A DNA stretch of 64,000 bases from a candidate division FCPU426 bacterium. GTDB lineage: Bacteria > Oederibacteriota > Muellerivitia > Muellerivitales > Muellerivitaceae. The position numbers and the translations under genes are program-made. Below the pieces are notes generated by a model, which saw nothing but the letters and a program-made list of their open reading frames with translations, was not told the origin of the DNA and did no database searches. Location of the stretch: positions 1-64,000 of the forward strand of contig CAWKAR010000027.1 in the NCBI GenBank assembly GCA_963847625.1, given 5' to 3'. Positions 48,085 through 56,535 of this stretch are shown in pieces (within the stretch, counting starts at the first letter, position 1; every line of letters starts with the position of its first letter).

Positions 48085-48561
48085 TTGAAAAAATTTTTCT
48101 GGGTGGCGGGTTTATTCCTGCTTTCGAACATGGTCCTGGCACAGGATGGACTGACTCCGGTCATTCAAGGTAATGGCGCCCGATTATCCCGAAAGATCCC
48201 CTTCAAACAAAACAGGCATGCCGGCCCTAATAACGGTTCCACGAGGCGGGTGATTCCTGGGTTAAAAGCAAACGCCCCGGCCAACGGCTATTACCCCTTG
48301 GCTCAAAAAACACAGGTGCCGGGGAAGGGACCTTTGGCGAAAACGGCGGCTGGGAAAGGCCGAGGGAAACGAAATTCCGTCATAGGAAATCCCAAGTCGA
48401 ACCCCCAGACTTTTCTAAAAAAACTGCCTACCCCCGGCAAGGGGTTCTCGGCCTATATGAAGAACATGAAGACTTTTCCCGGTTATAAAAATCCTCCGGG
48501 CGCGGTACCCACCACGGGGCCCGCCTCCCTGAAATATCCGACCCTTTACCAATCCAAGTAA
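48085..48561 (+). CDS. Hypothetical secreted basic low-complexity protein
   Basis: TTG start after GGGGG; signal peptide MKKFFWVAGLFLLSNMVLA|Q; K/P/G-rich. Confidence 0.6.
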   Translation: MKKFFWVAGLFLLSNMVLAQDGLTPVIQGNGARLSRKIPFKQNRHAGPNNGSTRRVIPGLKANAPANGYYPLAQKTQVPGKGPLAKTAAGKGRGKRNSVIGNPKSNPQTFLKKLPTPGKGFSAYMKNMKTFPGYKNPPGAVPTTGPASLKYPTLYQSK

Positions 48562-48608
48562 TTTCAAACATTTCAACTGGCTATTTCCCGAGTCTTGCCG
48601 AGAAGGGT

Positions 48609-49574
48609 TCAGCCGGCGGTGGGACGTTTTCTAAGGATTTCCCAAAGTTCCTTGCGGCCGAACATGCCCTTGGGCCTCAAGAGCATCATGAGGACCAGCA
48701 GGAGGGAATAAATGACCATGCGAAGGTCGATCCCGGTCAACTGCTGGAGGGGCCGCAGAGCCTCGGGTAGGAAGGTCAGGATGAAAGCTGCGATCAGGGA
48801 GCCTGAGACGGACCCCATGCCCCCCAAAACCACCATGATGACGATTTCCACGGACTTCATGAAGTCAAACGAGCTGGGGTTGATGAAGGAAAGGTAGTGG
48901 GCGAACAGCCCGCCCGCCACGCCCGCTGCTGCGGAGGACACCACGAAGGCTTGCACTTTATAGTGGGTGGTATTGACGCCCATGGCCTCCGCCGCGATCT
49001 CGTTCTCCCGGATGGACAGGAGTGCCCGGCCATGTGTGGACAGGATGAAGCGGTGCGTGGCCAGGACGCAGAGCGCGAGGATGAAGACCACCAGGAAGGC
49101 GGTGGTGGTTCCGGGAATTCCGATGAAGCCCCTCGCCCCGCCCACCGTTTGGATGTTCAGGATTAAAACCCGGATGATCTCGCCGAACCCCAGGGTGGCG
49201 ATGGCCAGGTAATCGCCCCTCAAGCGAAGAGACGGCAGGCCCACGAAGTATCCCGCCAGGGCGCTCAAAAGGGCCGCGGCCAGGAGGGAAATAATGAGCG
49301 CACATTGGTCGCCCGCGAAGCTTCCATGGAGGGGGGAGAGAAGAAACACGTTCACCGAAGCGGCGGTATAGGCACCGACGGCCATGAATCCCGCGTGGCC
49401 GAGGGAAAACTGCCCCGACAGGCCGTTCACCAGGTTCAAGGAAACCGCCAGGATGGCGTTGATGCTGGCCAGGATGAAGAGCTCGCTGAAATAGGGCGGC
49501 ATCACGGCCGTCAACCCTTGGGCCGCGCCCGCGATCGCCAAAAGCAGAAACAACCACTTCAAATTGGAAACCAT
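48609..49574 (-). CDS. livM: Branched-chain amino acid ABC transporter permease
   Basis: SLNLVNGLSGQFSLGHAGF, LRLRGDYLAIATLGFGEI, IRENEIAAEAMGV, VVLGGMGS. Confidence 0.93.
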   Translation of the reverse strand: MVSNLKWLFLLLAIAGAAQGLTAVMPPYFSELFILASINAILAVSLNLVNGLSGQFSLGHAGFMAVGAYTAASVNVFLLSPLHGSFAGDQCALIISLLAAALLSALAGYFVGLPSLRLRGDYLAIATLGFGEIIRVLILNIQTVGGARGFIGIPGTTTAFLVVFILALCVLATHRFILSTHGRALLSIRENEIAAEAMGVNTTHYKVQAFVVSSAAAGVAGGLFAHYLSFINPSSFDFMKSVEIVIMVVLGGMGSVSGSLIAAFILTFLPEALRPLQQLTGIDLRMVIYSLLLVLMMLLRPKGMFGRKELWEILRKRPTAG

Positions 49575-49593
49575 TAAAGCTCCCTAGCAGGCT

Positions 49594-50433
49594 TTACCAA
49601 CGTTCCGCCGCTTCGACGGTTTGAGCGATGAGCGTCACGATGGTCATGGGGCCGACCCCGCCGGGAACCGGCGTATAGGCGGAGGCTCGGTCCTTCACAC
49701 CTTCCAGGTCAATATCCCCCACTCCGCCTGGATGGAAACCCGCGTCCACCACCACCGCGCCGTCCTTGATCCAGGATGCCTGGATGAATTTGGGTTTTCC
49801 GACCGCCCCCACCACCAGGTCGCCCCGCCGCACCACTTCGGCCAAGTCCTTGGTCTTGGAATGGCAGATGGTGACCGTGGCGTTGGCGTTCATGAGCATC
49901 ATGGCCATGGGTTTTCCCAAGATGGGGCTTCGCCCCACCACGACCGCCTGCAAGCCGGCCAGGGCGATCTGGTAGTGTTTCAACAGGGTCATGATGCCCT
50001 GGGGAGTGGCGCTGCCGTAGGCCCTCTCCCCCATGGCCAGGCGACCGAACCCATGGGTGGTCACGCCGTCCACGTCCTTTTCCAGCTTGATGGAGTCGAA
50101 ACAATGCCTCTCGTCGATTTGCTTGGGAACTGGGTGCTGAAGGAGGATTCCCGCCACGTCCGGGCTTTCATTCAATTCCCTGATTTTTCCCGCCAACTCG
50201 CCGGTGGTGGTGGTCTCGGGCATCTCCACCTTCAGGGACTGAAGGCCCACCCTCTGGCAGGCGTTACCCTTCATTTTCACGTAGGTCACCGAGGCGGGGT
50301 CCATGCCCACCAGGATGGTGGCCAGCATGGGGGTCCGGTTCGGGTGTTTTTCCCTCAGCTTTTTCACCCGCTCGATCAACTGCAGTTCGATTTCCTTCGC
50401 CAGCGTTTTTCCGTCCATGACAATGGGAGCCAC
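49594..50433 (-). CDS. folD: Bifunctional methylenetetrahydrofolate dehydrogenase/cyclohydrolase
   Basis: [37 protein letters not shown]. Confidence 0.96.
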   Translation of the reverse strand: MAPIVMDGKTLAKEIELQLIERVKKLREKHPNRTPMLATILVGMDPASVTYVKMKGNACQRVGLQSLKVEMPETTTTGELAGKIRELNESPDVAGILLQHPVPKQIDERHCFDSIKLEKDVDGVTTHGFGRLAMGERAYGSATPQGIMTLLKHYQIALAGLQAVVVGRSPILGKPMAMMLMNANATVTICHSKTKDLAEVVRRGDLVVGAVGKPKFIQASWIKDGAVVVDAGFHPGGVGDIDLEGVKDRASAYTPVPGGVGPMTIVTLIAQTVEAAERW

Positions 50434-50475
50434 GTTTCACCTCTTTTTAGTTTTAACAGCATTAATAAAGTATTT

Positions 50476-51378
50476 TCAAACCTTTTCCGGCTGGTACTTG
50501 CCGAAGAGGCCCGCGGGCTTTAACAGCAGGATGAGGATCAGGATGGCAAAGGCCAGCGCGTCCCGGTAGGTCGAGGAACCGTATCCCACCACCATGGCCT
50601 CGGCGATGCCCATGATCAGCCCCCCTACCACCGCCCCCCGGATGCTTCCGATGCCCCCCAGGACCGCCGCCACGAAGGCCTTGATTCCGATCATGACCCC
50701 CATGAGGGGGTCCACTCTCGGATAGCAGATGCCCACCAGGATGCCCGCCGCGGCCGCCAGGGCCGAGCCGATGATGAAGGTGAAGGAAACGATGCGCCCG
50801 GTGGGAATGCCCACCAGCGAGGCGAGTTCATGGGAATGGGAAACGGCCCGCATGGCTCTTCCCAGCTTGGTCTTCAGCACGATCCATTCCAGCACGATCA
50901 TCAGGAAAAGGGCTGTCATGAAAACCGTGATTTGCTGGTTGGTCACGGCCACCTGGCCGAATTGGAAGAGGGCCGTCTGGGGCATGATGTCCGGAAAGAC
51001 CCGGGGAGTGGCGCCGAAGATCACCTGGCCCAGGTTCTCCAGGAGAAGGGAAACGCCCACGGCGGTGATCAAGAGGTTGAGCCGGGGCACGTGCATGAGG
51101 GGCCGGTAGGCGAAACGCTCGATCAGGAAACCCAGGAGGGCCGAGGCCAGCATGGCGGCCGCGAGCACGACCAGGAAACGGCCGATGCCCGGGTTTTGGC
51201 CGGCCCCTACGGCGATCGCCGTGAAAAGGCCCGCATAGGCCCCCACCATCACGATGTCGCCATGGGCAAAATTGATCAGGCGCAGGATTCCGTACACCAT
51301 GGTGTAGCCCAGGGCGATCAGGGCGTAGATGGAACCAAGGGCCGCACCGTTCAATAAAAGTTGTGAAAAACCTTCCAT
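50476..51378 (-). CDS. livH: Branched-chain amino acid ABC transporter permease
   Basis: GSIYALIALGYTMVYGILRLINFAHGD, GRAMRAVS, KAFVAAVLGGIGSI. Confidence 0.94.
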   Translation of the reverse strand: MEGFSQLLLNGAALGSIYALIALGYTMVYGILRLINFAHGDIVMVGAYAGLFTAIAVGAGQNPGIGRFLVVLAAAMLASALLGFLIERFAYRPLMHVPRLNLLITAVGVSLLLENLGQVIFGATPRVFPDIMPQTALFQFGQVAVTNQQITVFMTALFLMIVLEWIVLKTKLGRAMRAVSHSHELASLVGIPTGRIVSFTFIIGSALAAAAGILVGICYPRVDPLMGVMIGIKAFVAAVLGGIGSIRGAVVGGLIMGIAEAMVVGYGSSTYRDALAFAILILILLLKPAGLFGKYQPEKV

Positions 51379-51513
51379 CCAACCATCCTCCGTTTAATGG
51401 AGCGATTTTACCCACGAAGCGGGAAACACTAAACAGAAAAACAAGCGAGCGCGCCGCTTCCTTGACGGGCGGTGTGCTGTGATAATAGGCTTATCGGACT
51501 CAAAGGAGAAAGC

Positions 51514-52686
51514 TTGGCTTCCAAAAAAACCGTCCTGATCGCGAACCTGGTCTTCACCCTATTCTTCATCCTGAACGTCACCGCCATCGTGACGGGACTT
51601 TCCTTCTACCCCGAGCAATGGCGGTTTTTTCTGCTCGCTGGCGTCCTGGGCAACCTCCTCTGGCTCCTCTTTCCCCTCATCCTCAAGCGGCATTCCTCCC
51701 CTTTTTTCCGGCTCTCCCGCGCGGTCCTGGGCCCGTTATGGGTCTTATGGAACTTCTTCATCCTGCTTTACTCGGCTTTCATCCTCGTTTTAGGGCTCAT
51801 ATGGTTTCCTTTGGGAAAATGGGCAGGAATTTCTTTCGACCATTTCGCCTATATTCCCTCCACCGTCTTCCTGGCGGCCATCGCCTTCATTTGCGTGGCG
51901 GGATACCTCCAGGCCCTGATTCCCGTCAAGTTGGAGAAGATCACGGTCCCAATCCGGAACCTTCCCAAGGAATTTGCCGGTTTCAAGATCGCCATGATTT
52001 CGGACCTACACGTGGGGCTCTTTACCCGGTTTTGGCGGCTCCGGAAGTTCGCCCGGACCGCCCAGGATGCGAATCCGGACCTCTTCGTGGTTTGCGGGGA
52101 TATCACCGATGACGATCCCCAGTACCTGCCGAAGTTTCTGAGAAGCCTGGAGGCTTTGGACCCTTATATTCCCGCCCTGGGTGTGCTGGGTAACCACGAC
52201 GTCTATGCCGACCCGGAAAAAACCCTGCGTTTCCTGGAGGACAGCCGCCTGCAAATGCTGGTGAATGAGGGGATGGAAATCAGGCGGGGAGGTGCCTCAC
52301 TGTGGGTGGCCGGAGTCGGTGATGCGGGGGCGCGGCAATTAGGAAAATGGGGATCCGTGGCGCCGGATTTCGACGCCGCGTTGAAAGGAAAACCCGAAAA
52401 GGCCCCGACCGTATTGCTATGCCACCAGCCCCAGGGTTTCCCGGAGTCCGTGGCGCGGAAAGTGGAACTGACCTTGAGCGGCCACACCCACGGGGGCCAG
52501 TTGGGGTTCCGTCGCTTGAATTGGTCCCTGGCCAAGCTATTCATGAAATACCACATGGGGCTGTTTAAGGAAGGGGAGAGCTGGCTTTACGTTTCCACGG
52601 GAACGGGCACCTGGGGCCTGCCGATCCGGTTCGGCCTCACGCCCGAGGTCACGCTAATTGAATTAGCAATAGAAAATGAACAATGA
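51514..52686 (+). CDS. Membrane-anchored metallophosphoesterase (YkuE/YaeI-like)
   Basis: About 4 N-terminal TM; SDLH, GDITD, GNHD, LCHQP, SGHTHGGQ; TTG start after AAGGAG. Confidence 0.92.
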   Translation: MASKKTVLIANLVFTLFFILNVTAIVTGLSFYPEQWRFFLLAGVLGNLLWLLFPLILKRHSSPFFRLSRAVLGPLWVLWNFFILLYSAFILVLGLIWFPLGKWAGISFDHFAYIPSTVFLAAIAFICVAGYLQALIPVKLEKITVPIRNLPKEFAGFKIAMISDLHVGLFTRFWRLRKFARTAQDANPDLFVVCGDITDDDPQYLPKFLRSLEALDPYIPALGVLGNHDVYADPEKTLRFLEDSRLQMLVNEGMEIRRGGASLWVAGVGDAGARQLGKWGSVAPDFDAALKGKPEKAPTVLLCHQPQGFPESVARKVELTLSGHTHGGQLGFRRLNWSLAKLFMKYHMGLFKEGESWLYVSTGTGTWGLPIRFGLTPEVTLIELAIENEQ

Positions 52687-52724
52687 AAAATCGCGGAAAA
52701 ACCCGGGCATGCCTGTAGTCGTTC

Positions 52725-53090
52725 GGAATCTGCCAGTAGGACCCCTGGACCTACCAGTAGGAGCCCTGGAATCTGCCAGTAGGACTTCCGGCACCTGCTC
52801 CTAGGACTCCCGGCACCTGCTCCTAGGACCCCGGGCACCTGCTCCTAGGACTGCGGGCCTCTGCTATTAGGACCCCGGGCACCTGCTCCTAGGACTTCCG
52901 GCACCTGCTCCTAGGACCCCCGGCACCTGCTCCTAGGACCCCCGGCACCTGCTCCTAGGACTCCGGGCACCTGCTCCTAGGACTCCGGCACCTGCTCTTA
53001 GGACCCCCGACCTGCCAGTAGGGGGCCGGGAACCCAGTACACGGGCCCCGGGAACATGAGCCGATAGTCCCGGGAACATGCGTCGGTAGG
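52725..53090. repeat. Non-coding tandem repeat, 22-bp period (consensus GGCACCTGCTCCTAGGACyccs), ~14 clear plus ~3 degenerate units
   Basis: Units start at 52725, 52747, 52768, 52790, 52812, 52834, 52856, 52878, 52900, 52922, 52944, 52966, 52987, 53008, then degenerate 53029, 53051, 53073. Confidence 0.95.
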
Positions 53091-53137
53091 CGGCATCGGA
53101 GGTGTCGATAGGTGTCGTCAGGATAATCTGGTTCAGA

Positions 53138-54265
53138 TTACGGGTTTACGGTCGTGACGAAGGATTCCTTCCCGTTTTCGACCTTCAAGACCACCGCCGA
53201 TTTCACCGCGTCGCGGTTCTCGTTCAGGCTGATGGTTCCCGTCACGCCGGGGAAGTTCTTGGTGGCCGCGATGGCGTCCCTTATATCCTGGGGACCGAGG
53301 CTCTTGGCGGTTTTCAAGGCCGCCGCCAGGACCCCCACTGCGTCATAGCCCAGGGTGGCCAGGGCGTCGGGGATATGGCCGAAACGGGAATTGTACTTGT
53401 TCACGAAATCCACCACCTTGGGGTCCTTGGACATGGAGGAAAAGTGGGTGGAGAAGTAACAGCCTTCCAGGGCCGTCCCGCCGATCTCAAAAAGCTTGCT
53501 CGACTCCCAGCCGTCGCCGCCCAGAAGCGGCACCTTGAGGCCCAACTCGCGGGCCTGCTTGGCGATGAGTCCCACCTCGGTGTAGTAACCCGGCACGAAA
53601 ATCACGTCCGGCTTCACCTCCCGGATGGTGGTTAATTGCGATTTGAAATCGATGTCCCCTTGGACGTAACTCTGGTCGCTGACGATGGTCCCGCCCTTCT
53701 CCTTGAACCTTTTGATGAAGTAATCCGCCAGGCCCATGCTGTAGTCGGATTTCTGATCCCGGAAGATAGCCGCGGTCTTGGCCTTGAGGTGGCCCAGGGA
53801 AAAATCGGCCATGACCTGCCCTTGGAAGGGATCGATGAAGCAGACGCGGAAGATGTAGTCGCCCTGCTGGGTGACCTTGGGGTTGGTGGAGGAGGGGGAG
53901 ATCATGGGGGTTTTGCGGTCCTGGCAGATGGGCGCCGCCGCCAGGGAAAGGGAACTGGCCACCTCGCCGATGACCACTTGGACCTGGTCCTGCGTGATGA
54001 GTTTGGTGACGGCCACCGCCGCCTGCTCGGGCTTGCCCTGGTCGTCCAGGGTGGTGACGATGAGCTTCTTTCCGTTGATTCCCCCGGCCGCGTTGATTTC
54101 GTCCGAGGCGAAAATCACGCCCTCATGGTTGGACTGGCCGAAAGTGGCCTGGCCCCCCGTGAGGGAGGCGAATTCCCCGATCCGGATCTCGTTGGGATTG
54201 ATCTTGGGCCCGCAGGAAAGGCTGAGGATGCCCAGGACGGCCAGGGCCATGATGGTTTGACGCAT
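53138..54265 (-). CDS. livK: Branched-chain amino acid ABC transporter substrate-binding lipoprotein
   Basis: Lipobox LSLSC; IRIGEFASLTG, EINAAGGINGK, SPSST, IFRVCFIDPFQG, GGDGW; ATG after AAGGAG. Confidence 0.92.
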   Translation of the reverse strand: MRQTIMALAVLGILSLSCGPKINPNEIRIGEFASLTGGQATFGQSNHEGVIFASDEINAAGGINGKKLIVTTLDDQGKPEQAAVAVTKLITQDQVQVVIGEVASSLSLAAAPICQDRKTPMISPSSTNPKVTQQGDYIFRVCFIDPFQGQVMADFSLGHLKAKTAAIFRDQKSDYSMGLADYFIKRFKEKGGTIVSDQSYVQGDIDFKSQLTTIREVKPDVIFVPGYYTEVGLIAKQARELGLKVPLLGGDGWESSKLFEIGGTALEGCYFSTHFSSMSKDPKVVDFVNKYNSRFGHIPDALATLGYDAVGVLAAALKTAKSLGPQDIRDAIAATKNFPGVTGTISLNENRDAVKSAVVLKVENGKESFVTTVNP

Positions 54266-54423
54266 TTGGAACTCCTTCATCAATTAGGGGTGGGATTGAA
54301 ACGGGGGCTAGGATAGGCAAGTTTCAAGGGAGCGTCAAGAACGGGGAAAGGGTCAAAACCACTTGCAGGTTTCCCCGAATAATTAATGGATACCTATTGA
54401 ATCTAGTGCCAAACAAATGAGAT

Positions 54424-56409
54424 ATGGCGGAATTCCTTCGCCGCAGAAAACCTTGTTATAATCCCCCCATGAATCCAGGCCCCGCAACCGGTTCCTCGAC
54501 ATCCTCCGACCTATCCCAAATATTTCGCTGGTCCAATCCATGGGCCTACGCCCTGGCCGGTTGTTTCCTATTGCTCATCCTATTCGGGGCGCATCGCATC
54601 GACGACACCGACATGGGTTTCCATTTAAGGAGCGGCCAATGGATCCTGCAGAACCATTGGGTGCCCACCCAGGAACCCTACACTTATACGGTCCCCAGCC
54701 ACGAGTACCTGGATATGGAGTGGCTTTACCAGGTTCCCCTCTACCTTCTATATATAGCGGGTGGATACACTTCTATCTCCCTAGTCCATATCGCCTTGAT
54801 GGTCCTGGCCTTTTTACTGTTATTCAAGCGTCTTCGGATGACCGGAACCCCTTGGTGGATATGCGCATTCCTGTTGGCGGCGGCGGTGCTGGCCTCGGAA
54901 ATCCGGTGCCGGGTCAGGCCTGAAATCCTCAGCTGGGTCCTCCTAGGCTTGACTCTTTGGGTGCTGGAATCCAGGGCCGAAAAAAAAGGGGACCGGCTTT
55001 TTTGGCTCCCCTTCATCCAATGGTTTTGGGTCAACACCGAGGGCCTTTTCGGGCTGGGCCTGGGCTTGATGGTTTTCTACTGGATTTCCAACCTGGTGCA
55101 TACCCGCAAGAACGACATGAAATTGCTGAAATTCACCGGGCTTTCCCTGGCGGCCTGCCTGGCCAACCCTTACTTTATCCGCGGATTGTTGTTCCCCCTG
55201 ACCCTGCTTTCCAAGTTGAGGTTATCCGATACCAACATCTTCAAGTTCGCGGTCAAGGAATTCCAACCGCCCTGGTCCCTGTCTTTCCCCAACCAACTGT
55301 TACCACCTTCCTATCTCTTGACCTACAAGTTCTTCTGCTTCTTCCTGTTGTTTCTTCTCCTGGTTACCTTCCGCAAGAGGAAGATCCATGAGTGGCTGAT
55401 GGCCCTAGTCTTTTTCGGCTTTTCCGTATCCGCCATGCGCAACATCCCCCTCTTCCTGTTGGCCTGCGCACCGCTGGCCGCCACCTGCTGGGGGGAACTG
55501 AAGTGGAACTGGCTGAGGCGGTTCCAGGAGAAATTTCTCTCCAAGCCGGTTTGCGCCTGGGCCCTGGCGCTGTTCCTGCTGGGTTTTTCCCTGAGGATGG
55601 TGACCAACGCCCACTACGTTTCCCGCCGGCTGGCGGAGCGTTTCGGCCTGGGGTTGGACCAGAGTACCCTGCCGGTGGCGGCCTGCGAATACCTGATTCA
55701 AAATCACTTGGACGGAAAAGTCATCAATACGCTGGATGAAGGGGACTGGCTGGACTGGAAGGGACCCCAAAAGACCTTTATCGACGGGAGGCTGGAGGCT
55801 ATGGGCGAGGAATTCTTCACCGAATACATGCAATCGATGTCTCCGGGAGCCCTCAAGCCCCTGTTGGACAAATACCAACCCGACATCCTCTTCTTCCACC
55901 CCCTCCACGCGCCCCAGTGGGTGTTCGAAATGAAGAGCATGGCGGGATGGAGACTGGTTTACGTGGACAGCCACACCGCCATCTACCTGCGGCAGGGCTA
56001 CGCGGACAATCTCCTGGCCGTGGATTACGACCGGGTGCTGGCGGACTGGGGGGTGGACAAGGCCATCCTGGGGAACGTGGACAACCTGCTTCAGACGCCC
56101 CACCCGACGTCTTGGGTCCGCTTTTTGGAGGGATTCGTCGTGCCGGCGTATTATCCCGACGGCCTCCAGAACATGGGCATCTTCTGCGCCCGCAATGACC
56201 ACCTGAAGGAAGGCAAATGTTTTTTCCTGGAGGCCATCCGGAGGACGGGGGGCTGGTATTACGACTTTTATTTCAACCTGGGAAGCATGGATTTTTACCT
56301 CACCCAAAGGTACCAGGAGGCTTTGACTTGCATGAAAAGGGTCCTGGAGGACCAGCCTGAAAACCCGTTCGCCCTCAAGGTACTGCAGGATGTTTCGAGG
56401 CTCCGCTGA
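54424..56409 (+). CDS. GT-C-like multi-pass membrane protein with C-terminal TPR (start may be ATG 54469)
   Basis: DTDMGFHLRSGQWI, EWLYQ, RPE, WVNTEG, NPY, RNIP, FIDGR motifs; TPR-like tail. Confidence 0.72.
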   Translation: MAEFLRRRKPCYNPPMNPGPATGSSTSSDLSQIFRWSNPWAYALAGCFLLLILFGAHRIDDTDMGFHLRSGQWILQNHWVPTQEPYTYTVPSHEYLDMEWLYQVPLYLLYIAGGYTSISLVHIALMVLAFLLLFKRLRMTGTPWWICAFLLAAAVLASEIRCRVRPEILSWVLLGLTLWVLESRAEKKGDRLFWLPFIQWFWVNTEGLFGLGLGLMVFYWISNLVHTRKNDMKLLKFTGLSLAACLANPYFIRGLLFPLTLLSKLRLSDTNIFKFAVKEFQPPWSLSFPNQLLPPSYLLTYKFFCFFLLFLLLVTFRKRKIHEWLMALVFFGFSVSAMRNIPLFLLACAPLAATCWGELKWNWLRRFQEKFLSKPVCAWALALFLLGFSLRMVTNAHYVSRRLAERFGLGLDQSTLPVAACEYLIQNHLDGKVINTLDEGDWLDWKGPQKTFIDGRLEAMGEEFFTEYMQSMSPGALKPLLDKYQPDILFFHPLHAPQWVFEMKSMAGWRLVYVDSHTAIYLRQGYADNLLAVDYDRVLADWGVDKAILGNVDNLLQTPHPTSWVRFLEGFVVPAYYPDGLQNMGIFCARNDHLKEGKCFFLEAIRRTGGWYYDFYFNLGSMDFYLTQRYQEALTCMKRVLEDQPENPFALKVLQDVSRLR

Positions 56410-56535
56410 GGGGTTAAGAGAACTTTTTAAGCGTCTGGATGGTGTTATATTGGTTTCGCGGGAGTAAAATCCTGTTTATTCAATATAACCACGCCCGTCA
56501 TCGATAAACGCCTCTTTTGGAAATAAAGGGAAACC

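Noticed and set aside
52725..53090. CRISPR array or coding repeat
   Set aside because: The variable part is only ~4 nt (no spacers), no cas genes are present, the period is not a multiple of 3, and CTAG stops occur on both strands.
54395..54415. Sigma54 promoter (TTGGCAC on the minus strand) upstream of livK
   Set aside because: The -12 GC element is missing at the required spacing.
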